Shown in pieces: positions 39,439 through 48,660 of a stretch of DNA of 64,000 nt. The DNA is from Gemmatimonadota bacterium. GTDB taxonomy: Bacteria > Gemmatimonadota > Gemmatimonadetes > Gemmatimonadales > GWC2-71-9. The stretch is from positions 60,866 to 124,865 of the forward strand of contig JAZDCZ010000365.1 in assembly GCA_036679605.1 (NCBI GenBank). The letters are read 5' to 3'. The translations under genes and the position numbers were made by a program. How positions within the stretch are numbered: position 1 is the stretch's first letter; each line of letters starts with the position of its first letter. A model generated the notes under the pieces. The model had not been told where the DNA came from, made no database searches, and worked only from the letters and a program-made list of their open reading frames with translations.

Positions 39439-40368
39439 GTGAATTGTCCGAGTGTCGGTGTGCTCTTGATGGCATATGGCACGTCGACGACCACGGAGGA
39501 AGTGGATGTGCGCAGCTTCCTAAGTCACATACTCGGTTCTTATAGGGGTGTGGAACCGACTGATGATGACGTCGACGATTTACGAAGGCGCTTGGTCGCA
39601 ATCGGGCACTCACCTCTCCGCGATATCACGGCCGGCATTGCAAGTTCATTGCAGGACGCAATGAATATTCGTGCGCCCGGAGAGTTCGTTGTGCGGACCG
39701 CCATGAAGCATTCACCGCCTTATATCGAAGAGGCAGTCCACGAGATGAACCACAGTGGGCTGCGGCGCGCAGTCGGAGTAGCCCTTGCCCCATTCAGTTC
39801 CACCTTGAGCACCGAGGGATACTTCAGGCGGGTCACGGACGCTACCGCGGCTCTTTCGTCGTCCCTGCATTGGCAGTTCGTCGGACAGTGGCACCTTAAT
39901 CCGTTGTTCACGCAGTTGTGGCAGAGATTGGTAGCGGAGGGCGCTCGAGAAACGAAAGGTGAGCCGCTAGTGGTATTCACCAACCACAGTCTGCCGATTG
40001 GGGCAACTAGACTGGACGACCGCTATGCAACTCAGTTCGAGGGCGCTGCCGGGCAGATCGCAGATCGGTGCGGGTTGGGGCATTGGACGATCGCTTATCA
40101 GAGTGCGGGAAAGAGCGGTGGGGATTGGCTGGGTCCCAGCCTTGACGAAGTCTTGAGAGGGAGGTCTTCGATGGGTTGCAGAGATTTTCTGGTGGCACCC
40201 ATAGGGTTTGTCATGGATCACCTCGAGATCATGTACGATCTGGATGTGGAGGCAAAGGTCAACGCTGAGCGGTTAGGTGTTTGTCTGGATCGCACTGCGA
40301 TGCCAAACAACGATCCGTTGCTTGTCGAAATGCTGGCAGACGAGGTGCTGAAAGCCGTTAGGAGCTAA
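39439..40368 (+). CDS. hemH: Ferrochelatase family protein
   Basis: GVLLMAYG, SPL, MKHSPPYI, HSLP, YQS...WLGP, GFVMDHLEIMYDLD. Confidence 0.85.
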   Translation: MNCPSVGVLLMAYGTSTTTEEVDVRSFLSHILGSYRGVEPTDDDVDDLRRRLVAIGHSPLRDITAGIASSLQDAMNIRAPGEFVVRTAMKHSPPYIEEAVHEMNHSGLRRAVGVALAPFSSTLSTEGYFRRVTDATAALSSSLHWQFVGQWHLNPLFTQLWQRLVAEGARETKGEPLVVFTNHSLPIGATRLDDRYATQFEGAAGQIADRCGLGHWTIAYQSAGKSGGDWLGPSLDEVLRGRSSMGCRDFLVAPIGFVMDHLEIMYDLDVEAKVNAERLGVCLDRTAMPNNDPLLVEMLADEVLKAVRS

Positions 40369-41258
40369 CGTGCAAACGGAAGTTTTGAACTCAGGCTCGT
40401 CACCAACTGAGCCCCATTTGGGAAATTTCTGCCAGAGATGGAGAACTTCACACCAACTTCCGCCCAAAGATCTCTTACGACGTTGGCGGAGCCAGCGAGT
40501 TGCAAGGAAAGCAGCCGGCGCGTGGCAGTCGGTACCCTCAGGCCCTCTACGGTCCATGCGCGACCAAATAATCCGTCAGCCGTAACCTTGAGCAAGGTCT
40601 TGCTCGTGGGGTTGACCCCGACTTCGGTCAGAAATGCGTACTCACCGCTGGGGTCTTTTAGTTTGTTCGTGTTTTTAAGTCGGGCCCGGTAGCCCACCCA
40701 AGCGATCGAGTAGAGCGGCAAGGGCCAGAAAGAGTGCCCGATCTCGCCCCATCCCTCGAAATCCCACTGACCCTCTCCCGCCGGGACGGTGCGGGCGTCC
40801 AGCGGAGAGGTCCCGATTGGGGCCTTGGCCCCCACTCTGATTGCTATCGGTGTGCTGCCGCCCAGATCGGTCAGCTTCCATCGTAGCCACCAGCGAATAT
40901 CTCCGATCTGCACGCCCGACTTGAGCGTGTCACCGTTAAAGCCCATGACCCCTTTTTCGCTGAACCGGAGGTCGAAGAAGGATGCTTGCACCCACAGGTC
41001 GACATTCTTGTGCAGACCGGTAATGACGTCGATGAATACGGCGCGCGCGTCCGATGTGGCATCTGGAAAGTAGGGTTTGTCGTCGCCCAGTTCATCGAAC
41101 CGCTTATCGGTTTTTTGGCGGAGGAACGCAGCTTTTACCCAGACACGCCCGGCTGCTCCCTGCGTCCACTGAGCGGCTGCCGGGCTCGTAAGAATGAGCG
41201 TGGCGAGCAGGGTAAGAGTGCTTTTCACGGCAAAGTCATAACGGCTGGGGTATCGCAT
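40365..41258 (-). CDS. Secreted, probable outer-membrane beta-barrel protein
   Basis: Signal peptide ending AAAQ; amphipathic strands; IGDI, G.K.P.G, GEGQWD motifs. Confidence 0.6.
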   Translation of the reverse strand: MRYPSRYDFAVKSTLTLLATLILTSPAAAQWTQGAAGRVWVKAAFLRQKTDKRFDELGDDKPYFPDATSDARAVFIDVITGLHKNVDLWVQASFFDLRFSEKGVMGFNGDTLKSGVQIGDIRWWLRWKLTDLGGSTPIAIRVGAKAPIGTSPLDARTVPAGEGQWDFEGWGEIGHSFWPLPLYSIAWVGYRARLKNTNKLKDPSGEYAFLTEVGVNPTSKTLLKVTADGLFGRAWTVEGLRVPTATRRLLSLQLAGSANVVRDLWAEVGVKFSISGRNFPNGAQLVTSLSSKLPFAR

Positions 41259-41769
41259 GGCACTCTCGTATGATAAAGTGACCGCACCTACATTACGCAC
41301 ATAATCCGCGACCTGTCCAGTCCATCGGTCTCCGGCACCGGAGTATGGGTTTGCTGGTACTGGACGGAAGGGAAAATGTCGGACCTATCATTTTGAAACG
41401 TTGATCGACTTGGTCGAGTTCCTGAACGCGGGTCTTAGAACCATCGGTCACGTGATCGGCTGAGGCGGTTTGGCTGCGACGCACCTGCTTGAGACTGGGC
41501 TGCGGCATTCTCAGGAGAAGTCTAGCTAAGCTGTTTATTGCCATTGATTTAGACCCATTGCCCCGAAGTGTTGGAGGGAGTTGGATAATCGTCCTCGCAG
41601 GTGGTTCAGGAGCGCTTACAGCGGAGGCCCGTAGCAGATCTCGTGGTGGCGGGAACCCTGGTTGGTTGAGGGTTGTTATTCATCTCACATCGCCGTGAAC
41701 CTGCGGCGTCGCTCGGTGCCTTCGCGCGCTGGCACCGGGTTCACTTTTTTTCACTCCGGAGGAAAAAGT

Positions 41770-42165
41770 ATGTTGAAGCGTACACTCATGGGCGTTGGTG
41801 CAGCTGCGTTGCTAGCACTGCCGTCAATGGCTCAGGCACAGGACATGATGAAAATGCCCAAGGCGCCCGAGGGCCATAAAGCCACTATCACTGGTACGGT
41901 CATTGATGTGTCGTGCAAGTTCCGGCATAACCTGACCGGTGACGGCCATCGGATGTGTGCACAAGTGTGTGCCGACAAGGGTATCCCGTTGGCCATCCTT
42001 GGCAGCGACGGCAAGCTGTACATGCCGATCACCGATGCAATGCCTGGTGACGGCTCGAACGCGCAGCTCAAGCCTTTCGCCGAGCAGAAGGTTCGCATCA
42101 GAGGGATGGTCTACGATGCTGGTGGGGCGAATGCGGTGGTGATCACGGAGATCAAGAAGGCTTGA
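41770..42165 (+). CDS. Small secreted Cys/His protein
   Basis: Signal peptide; ITGTVIDVSC...GDGHRMCAQVC..KGIP; GGAGG RBS. Confidence 0.75.
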   Translation: MLKRTLMGVGAAALLALPSMAQAQDMMKMPKAPEGHKATITGTVIDVSCKFRHNLTGDGHRMCAQVCADKGIPLAILGSDGKLYMPITDAMPGDGSNAQLKPFAEQKVRIRGMVYDAGGANAVVITEIKKA

Positions 42166-43775
42166 CCCAATCATCATCTCGAAGTGAGGCGGGCCGGGGA
42201 ATGCTTCCCCGGCCCGTACTCGTAACGGCCGGCGCGCTCCTGCTCGTCGTCGGCGCAGTGGCGGTTGGCCGACTGGCGGGTTCCGGCGACCCCGGCCGCG
42301 GGCCGATCGCGGAGTCCAATCCACACGCTCAGCCGGCTGTTGTACGTCTGGATGCCGGAATTAGGCACCTTGACGTGGGTGAGCCCACAGAGTGGCCTAT
42401 CCTCGATACAATCCCGCCGACAGAGTTGTCGCGACTACTTTGGTTCCGTGGAGTGGCCGCACAGCCGCTGGCAGACGGGGGCAGTGTAGTGGTGGACGGC
42501 GGCGGCGGAGTGATACGGTTCGACGACGAGCTACGCGTTCATCGGGTCAGGACGGAACTGGAGGGTCGAGTTCCGATCGGTGTCGCAGCTGACACTGGAA
42601 ATGGTTTTTGGATAGCCGATGCATCAGGAGGTGTCGAGCGGATCGCTTCCAATGGCCGCATCGTCCAAACGGTCGACGCTCCGTTCGCGTTCGCCCAGAT
42701 CTATTCGAGCCCAACTGGAACTGACGTGTGGGCGGTGAGATCTAACCAGAACTGGACCTACCGGTTCGCGAATGTTAATGAGCCGCTCTTGGCGCGGCTG
42801 AATCTGGACGGCAGCACCGGCGACCTACTGAATGGCATACAGGTACCCGAGCACGTCTTGCTGGCCGATCTCGCGAATGCCGGTCACCTCGTGGTCGAGG
42901 ACACCACCCTATTCTATGCCCCGTTCATCCGGGATGAGGTAGTCGCACTGAATCGGAGCGGCGATACGCTCTGGATAGCGCACCGCGGACTCGAGCAGGC
43001 CGTGGACGAACCCCGATTCGTGGTGGAAGATGACGGTGCACCATACATCGACTACGCTCCCGTGAATCTCGGCATGGCCCGAGGTCCGGACGGATTACTG
43101 TACGTGCTGAGCATCCCTGGCCTCACCACTGACACGGCCAGGCTCGACGGTTTCGATCCCGAAACAGGGACACTGGTTCGTTCGGTGCTGGTGGAGTCGG
43201 ACGCTACGATATCGGTCGACCAAGCAGGACGCATCTATAAGCTCGACCCGTTCAGGCTCATTACCGGGGTGGCGCCACGAGAAAGAGAGGCCCTTAGGGC
43301 CTTCGATCTACCCACGTTGAAAGGTGATAGACTGACCTCAACCGACGTGGCGGGAAAAGTCGTGCTAATCAACCTGTGGGCCAGCTGGTGCGGGCCGTGC
43401 CGTGCCGAAATGCCCGCTCTGGATTCGCTCCAGAAGAGCATCGAAAACCCTGATTTCAAATTCCTCACGTTCAACGAGGATGTTGCCAAGTCTGAGGCGC
43501 AGGAGTTCATCGACGAATTCGGGTTCGATTTCCCGGTGTTGCTCGGTGGTGGCAGATTGCGCAGCAAGTACCACTATATCGGGCTACCAACCACGATCCT
43601 GGTGGATCGTGAAGGGCGTGAAATCGAGCGCTGGATTGGTTTCGCAGGAGAGGCACAGCTCCAGACGATACGAGCCCTAACCGAGGCTGAGCTTGCGCGA
43701 GAGGCAGGGGGCAGCGATCACGAGCACGGCGGCGGACACGAACACCGTGCCGGAATGGACATGAGCGGGCATTGA
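42162..43775 (+). CDS. TlpA/ResA-type thiol-disulfide oxidoreductase fused to an N-terminal propeller-like domain, with His-rich tail
   Basis: NLWASWCGPCRAEMP, GLPTT; N-terminal TM helix; DHEHGGGHEH tail. Confidence 0.85.
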   Translation: MTQSSSRSEAGRGMLPRPVLVTAGALLLVVGAVAVGRLAGSGDPGRGPIAESNPHAQPAVVRLDAGIRHLDVGEPTEWPILDTIPPTELSRLLWFRGVAAQPLADGGSVVVDGGGGVIRFDDELRVHRVRTELEGRVPIGVAADTGNGFWIADASGGVERIASNGRIVQTVDAPFAFAQIYSSPTGTDVWAVRSNQNWTYRFANVNEPLLARLNLDGSTGDLLNGIQVPEHVLLADLANAGHLVVEDTTLFYAPFIRDEVVALNRSGDTLWIAHRGLEQAVDEPRFVVEDDGAPYIDYAPVNLGMARGPDGLLYVLSIPGLTTDTARLDGFDPETGTLVRSVLVESDATISVDQAGRIYKLDPFRLITGVAPREREALRAFDLPTLKGDRLTSTDVAGKVVLINLWASWCGPCRAEMPALDSLQKSIENPDFKFLTFNEDVAKSEAQEFIDEFGFDFPVLLGGGRLRSKYHYIGLPTTILVDREGREIERWIGFAGEAQLQTIRALTEAELAREAGGSDHEHGGGHEHRAGMDMSGH

Positions 43776-43788
43776 GGCCGGATTGAAT

Positions 43789-43816
43789 AACCCCGGTCTC
43801 CAATCCGGGGTTTTTT
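43789..43816 (+). terminator. Intrinsic terminator
   Basis: AACCCCGG / CCGGGGTT followed by a T run, between convergent genes. Confidence 0.75.
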
Positions 43817-43817
43817 G

Positions 43818-44384
43818 CTAGGGAGTATTCTCGGCTCGCTGCTGGCGGAATCGGCGAATCGTGAGCCAAGCCACCAGTAGCATGAGTCCCACTACCAGGG
43901 CTGTCGCCCCGGGATTGCGCCGGTAGAAGGTCGCGAAACCCATTCCGGACAGTGTGAAGAGAACAGCACCGGGAAAGATCCCGACTGCAGTTGTCCAGAA
44001 GAACGTCCAGCGCCGGATGGGGGTGAGTCCTGCTGCCCAGTTGACGGCCGTGAAGGCTACAGCCGGGACCAGACGTAAGAACAGAAGCCCGGGCCAACTC
44101 GCCGACAACACCAAGCGATCTGCCTTGGCTAGAGCTGTCGGGGAAAGCAGTCGCGTGCTCCAGGGCCGGCCGAAGCGCCGCGATAATTCAAAACTCACGA
44201 CTGCTCCCACAACCGCTCCGCCCCACGTTATGGAAATCCCTAGCACGGCCCCAAACACCATGCCGTTCACCATCGCGGGTACTTCAGCAGGAATAGGTAG
44301 TATCGCCACCGTCACCATGAACAGTGGCGCTAGGACGTAGGTCCAAGGTCCCGCATGCTCGACGAAGCTTGCTATGGCATCCAT
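43818..44384 (-). CDS. TVP38/TMEM64 (VTT/DedA) membrane protein
   Basis: PIPAEV...GMVFG, LSRRFGR, LRLVP, NWAAG, TAVGIFPG. Confidence 0.85.
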   Translation of the reverse strand: MDAIASFVEHAGPWTYVLAPLFMVTVAILPIPAEVPAMVNGMVFGAVLGISITWGGAVVGAVVSFELSRRFGRPWSTRLLSPTALAKADRLVLSASWPGLLFLRLVPAVAFTAVNWAAGLTPIRRWTFFWTTAVGIFPGAVLFTLSGMGFATFYRRNPGATALVVGLMLLVAWLTIRRFRQQRAENTP

Positions 44385-44700
44385 GGTGGTAGGGAATCTA
44401 TGCCAGCCCCGTGAGTTGTGAACTTGTGAAACGTATCTCGTTAGCGTTAACAGACCACTGATCGCTTCGCATGGCGGCAGTTGTCCCTCTGCGCGCTGTG
44501 GTTTGCACGCAGAGATCGGGCATCCCAAGTGGGCCTACCGCTCACCAACGCGCGCTCCGGGACACCGCCGCCATGCTGCGCATCCGACGAAACTTTGACT
44601 ACAGGCAACTAGTGATGGCTGTCCCGAGCCGCCAAACAAAGAACCCCGGACCATCGTCCGGGTCTTTTCTCGAACTATCTGAACATGTGTCAGTAACCGG

Positions 44701-45889
44701 CTAGGGACTCAACCAGTAGTTCATCTTCACTACGAAGGTATTGGTGCTCGGCGATGAGAACAGGTCGCCAAGGCTGGACCCGAGCGCGAACTGTCCATTG
44801 CCGTTCGAATTCGACCTTCCGTGCTGCCAGACGAAGAATACCGTAGAACCCAAAACATATTCCCACCGCAGCACGACGTTAGAGCGGAACGAAACGAACG
44901 TGAAGTCCGGATTGCCCAGTCCGATATCGGTAGTGCCGTCTTGGTCCAGATCGACCGCTAGGTTGCCCAGGGTGTCACTCGATAACTGATTGGATCCGAA
45001 TGTCTCGAACCGACCTGCGAAGTTGTTGCTCCGTGGATCGGTGACTCTCTTGAATCCGCTATGCTCGCCGGACGATATGAACGGCTCCATGTACAGTTGT
45101 AGCGACAAGGTCGGTGAGGCGTGGCGGCTTTATGCCCTCTATTCCCACCAGCTCGCCGAACTGTGATACGACTCCCGACTGCTCTTTTGGTTGCAGCTTC
45201 CACTGCTGCTCTTCGTTGAGCCGGTTGATGGTCCGGTACACGTTGAAGCCGAATTTATGCTTGCTTCCGTTCGAGAACCGAATCTGGCTGAACGGGATGC
45301 GGAACTCAGCTGTCCAGCCTTCATCGTCTCGGCTTGTTGCCACGTCCCAGACGGCATCCCATCATTCATCCCTGTTGTTGTCGTCGAAAAGGTAGATGTC
45401 GCGCTTGACACCTGCCGGATTCACCATGAATTGGAAGCCCGTGCGGCGGTCGAAGTACGAGTCGATTGCCACGCCGACCCAGTCGGAGGGAGAGTGCTCG
45501 CCGCGTCGTGTTAGCTGGGCGGTGATCAATTCCGGTTTGGAATCGTACGCACGGATTCCCACATAGATGGCGGCGTCGGTATACAGAACTTTGACTTCGG
45601 TCCGCTCGGTGGCGGGCTTGCCCTCGTTGGGATCGCGCTGAGTGAATCCGCCCATCGCCGGTGCGTCGGCCCAGGCCGGGTCGTCCAACTTGCCATCGAG
45701 CCGTGGCGGGTCAGGTCGGGCCCGGACAGCGACGGCAATTGCGGGCGGCAGGACCTCAGTCGCCCGAACGGCGTTCTGCTGAGCGTCTGCGTTGCCCGCG
45801 ACTACGGAAGCCGCCATGAGTACCAAGCCCGCGGTAGCGGCAAATCTATGGTGGGACGTGGATTTTGAGCGTTCTATTCCTGAGTGCAC
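44701..45889 (-). pseudogene. DUF5916 / CBM9-like outer-membrane protein pseudogene
   Basis: PRLDGKLDDPAW...F.VNPAGV, in-frame TGA at 45362-45364, WTAEFRIPF, then an out-of-frame jump to the C-terminal SPTLSLQLY...NVVLRWEY...VKMNYW. Confidence 0.8.
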
Positions 45890-46108
45890 CGGTCCCCTCC
45901 CGACGGATGCGCGTTTGTCTCTTTTCCTTAGTTTTGAAGCATTACGGAACCATGCGCTATCTGGTTTCCGATTACTGTCTTAGATGTTGTGGAACCCTCG
46001 ATGGTTGCAACACGGTTCTTGCTTCACGGAATCGGGGTCGGTAAGCTAAGGCGGCTGTGGTTTCAAGTTGAACTCAATTGCATAGTGAGCGAGCAAGATG
46101 GCCTTGAA

Positions 46109-46855
46109 ATGAAAACATTGGTGTTGCTGCGTCACGGCGAGAGCACATGGAACAAGGAGAATCGGTTCACCGGCTGGACTGACGTCGATCTTTCGGAGAA
46201 GGGAATCGAGGAGGCCCACGAGGCGGGCAGAACGTTGTTGGAGGAGGGCTACTCGTTCGACGTGGCGTTTACTTCGGTCTTGAAGCGCGCGATCCGGACC
46301 CTGTGGATTGTACTGGACGAGATGGACCTAATGTGGATCCCGGTGCATCGGCACTGGCGGTTAAATGAGCGGTACTATGGCGCGTTACAGGGGCTGAACA
46401 AGGCGGAGACGGCCGAGCAACATGGCGAAGCCCAGGTCAAGCAGTGGCGGCGCAGTTATAGTGTGCGGCCGCCAGCTGTGGAGAGGTCAGACGATCGATT
46501 TTCGGGCATGGATCCCCGCTACCATCTGCTTGCGGCCGGTGAACTTCCGGTCGCGGAGTGTCTCGAGGATACCGTCGTACGGTTTCTTCCGTATTGGGAG
46601 GACGAGATTGCGCCTGCGGTCAGCCGAGGCGATCGGGTTATAGTAGCCGCCCACGGCAACAGCCTACGCGCGCTGGTCAAGCACCTGGACCGGGTCTCTG
46701 ATGACGAAATCGTGGGGCTCAACATCCCGACCGGTATTCCGTTGGTCTACGAATTGAACGATGATCTCACGCCAGTCCGGAGCTATTATCTTGGTGATGC
46801 GGAGAAAGTGAAGGCCGCTCAGCAAGCAGTGGCGAATCAGGGGAAGGCCAAATAG
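46109..46855 (+). CDS. gpmA: 2,3-bisphosphoglycerate-dependent phosphoglycerate mutase
   Basis: [40 protein letters not shown]. Confidence 0.97.
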   Translation: MKTLVLLRHGESTWNKENRFTGWTDVDLSEKGIEEAHEAGRTLLEEGYSFDVAFTSVLKRAIRTLWIVLDEMDLMWIPVHRHWRLNERYYGALQGLNKAETAEQHGEAQVKQWRRSYSVRPPAVERSDDRFSGMDPRYHLLAAGELPVAECLEDTVVRFLPYWEDEIAPAVSRGDRVIVAAHGNSLRALVKHLDRVSDDEIVGLNIPTGIPLVYELNDDLTPVRSYYLGDAEKVKAAQQAVANQGKAK

Positions 46856-46882
46856 GGTTTAGAGCCATTGGGAGTGTCCCCG

Positions 46883-46911
46883 TTGACCGGTTGTCGCAGG
46901 GCCGCTAAGTT
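46883..46911 (+). promoter_or_regulatory. Putative sigma70 promoter of the tRNA-His/Trp pair
   Basis: TTGACC-N17-TAAGTT. Confidence 0.6.
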
Positions 46912-46939
46912 CAAGTGCTCTGGTATGTTACGGAGTCGT

Positions 46940-47014
46940 GGTGGCTGTAGCTCAATAGGTTAGAGCGCCGGACTGTGGCTCCGGAGGTTGGGGGTTCGAG
47001 ACCCCTCAGTCACC
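46940..47014 (+). tRNA. tRNA-His (GTG)
   Basis: G-1 plus GTGGCTG/CAGTCAC acceptor with C discriminator; anticodon loop CTGTGGC; GGGGGTTCGAGACCCCT T-arm. Confidence 0.95.
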
Positions 47015-47024
47015 CTTATTCTAT

Positions 47025-47097
47025 AGGCTCGTAGCTCAATTGGCAGAGCACCGGTCTCCAAAACCGGGGGTTGCAGGTTCGAGTCCTGCCGGGCCTG
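47025..47097 (+). tRNA. tRNA-Trp (CCA)
   Basis: AGGCTCG/CGGGCCT acceptor; anticodon loop CTCCAAA; GCAGGTTCGAGTCCTGC T-arm. Confidence 0.95.
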
Positions 47098-47098
47098 T

Positions 47099-47126
47099 CA
47101 AAGCCCCGCCATTTGGCGGGGCTTTG
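47099..47126 (+). terminator. Terminator hairpin after tRNA-Trp
   Basis: CAAAGCCCCGCCA / TGGCGGGGCTTTG inverted repeat. Confidence 0.75.
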
Positions 47127-47139
47127 TCATGCCCGCCAG

Positions 47140-47284
47140 GCTCTTGCCCTCGCCTCTCGCTATCGCTCGAGGCGTTCGGGTCGAGTCCTTACACGCTCTT
47201 GCCCTCGCCTCTCGCTCTCGCTCGAGGCGTTCGGGTCGAGTCCTTACACGCTCTTGCCCTCGCCTCTCGCTCTCGCTCGAGGCG
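47140..47284. repeat. 55-bp tandem repeat, 2.6 copies
   Basis: Units start at 47140, 47195 and 47250; one mismatch between units 1 and 2. Confidence 0.95.
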
Positions 47285-47381
47285 CATAGAAGATTAAGGG
47301 CGGGGAACGCTCCACCGGGGCGGGGTATATCTCGAGTATGCACCATCGGGCCGCATGTTGTTTACGACGGAGATCCCCTGG

Positions 47382-48023
47382 ATGAGCAGAACTGTTCTCT
47401 ATCTATTCTTGGCGCTAACTGTCCCACACCTCTTGTGGGCTCAGGAGGAGTCCTCGTCAAGAGACCACCACACACAAGTAGCTGTTTGGGCCGCCGGGTC
47501 GGTTGGCACCGCAGCTCTTTTTGGTGAAGTGAGAGACCGCGGACTCTATCTAGTCGGTCTACAGTACAAGCGATCACTACTCGATGTCAGCGTCGTGACG
47601 TTTAGCTATCGCCTCGATTTGTTGCCGTTCGTGATGATTACCAATGTGCCAACCATTCGGGACGACGGAGGGCGGGAGAGGAATATTGGATTGTCCCGGG
47701 TCACTATTGGGACTGGGAGTGCTCCAGGAGTGGGGATCATGCCTGCCGGGTTGGACGTAACGTTTTGGCCGGGAAGTCGGTTGCATCTCAGCTTGGCAGG
47801 TGGTGTCGGCTTGCTGATGACGACCCGCGAAGTGCCGCGAGAACATGGTACCAAGGCGAACTTCCTAGTTGACACCGGGTTAAGCGTGCATTTCGCTTGG
47901 GCGACCAAGACGGAGTTGGTGGCCGGATACCAGTTCTATCACATGTCGAATGCGAACTTGGGTGGGCTCGAGAACCCCGGTTTGGATGTGCATACGTTGC
48001 GCGTAGGAATTGCGCGACGGTGA
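47382..48023 (+). CDS. Acyloxyacyl hydrolase / PagL-like outer-membrane lipid A deacylase
   Basis: Signal peptide; beta strands; NF...GYQFYHMSNA...NPGLD (H-x-S-N-A catalytic motif). Confidence 0.8.
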   Translation: MSRTVLYLFLALTVPHLLWAQEESSSRDHHTQVAVWAAGSVGTAALFGEVRDRGLYLVGLQYKRSLLDVSVVTFSYRLDLLPFVMITNVPTIRDDGGRERNIGLSRVTIGTGSAPGVGIMPAGLDVTFWPGSRLHLSLAGGVGLLMTTREVPREHGTKANFLVDTGLSVHFAWATKTELVAGYQFYHMSNANLGGLENPGLDVHTLRVGIARR

Positions 48024-48189
48024 AGCGTGTGCCCTCGATAGCGTAGTGGGCTCATAGTCGCATCGACGCTGGTTGCGAGGATTGGGAATCAGGTGTCTAC
48101 TGTAGGGTTGCCTGGTCAATAGTTACGAGTAGATCCGAGACCTCATCGGTGCTATCTGGCCCTGGATCTCAACATCGAGGAGAGGTGAA

Positions 48190-48354
48190 GTGCCATTGTT
48201 CACGAAATGCTTGAAGTGTGGCGGGTGGCGACAGATGCCCGATGATCCCTCCGCACAAAGTCACTTCCCGACCGGTCTCATGATGAATGTCGACCAACCG
48301 CCCGGTAATCTGTGCAGGTGTGATGATGATGCGGCAGGTGACGACGCAGCGTAG
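48190..48354 (+). CDS. 54-aa Cys-rich microprotein
   Basis: GAGGAGAGG RBS, GTG start; CLKC...CRC and acidic tail; below the ORF-track length cutoff. Confidence 0.45.
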   Translation: MPLFTKCLKCGGWRQMPDDPSAQSHFPTGLMMNVDQPPGNLCRCDDDAAGDDAA

Positions 48355-48660
48355 CTTGCGAGTAGGCTAGAGGCTCTCAGCGGCGAAAACTCTCCTCTGG
48401 ATTGCTTTCCTCGCCGTCGCTTGACGAGTCGAGACAAGGTCCTGGATCAGGGCTAATTGTACCTCTTCAAGAACCTCGCAATCTGCTGTGCAACATGTTT
48501 AGAAAGGGATTCCTCGTGGATGGCACAGAGACTCAACCGTTCGGGTTTTCGAGCCGAAAATGACCACCACGTGAGGCTCCCCTGGACGGTCCACTAACCC
48601 CGCTCTACCTTGCGAGGTCCGATTGAAATCCCTGGTGTTGAGTCGAAAAGGAGCTTTTGA

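Noticed and set aside
41315..41760. Riboswitch or ncRNA in the long divergent intergenic region
   Set aside because: I could not match any known riboswitch consensus by eye; an Rfam scan would settle it
45362..45364. Selenocysteine readthrough of the in-frame TGA
   Set aside because: The position is not a Cys-type site and the gene is also broken by a deletion, so pseudogenisation is simpler
47140..47284. CRISPR array
   Set aside because: The units are contiguous and the would-be spacers are identical; no cas genes are in the window
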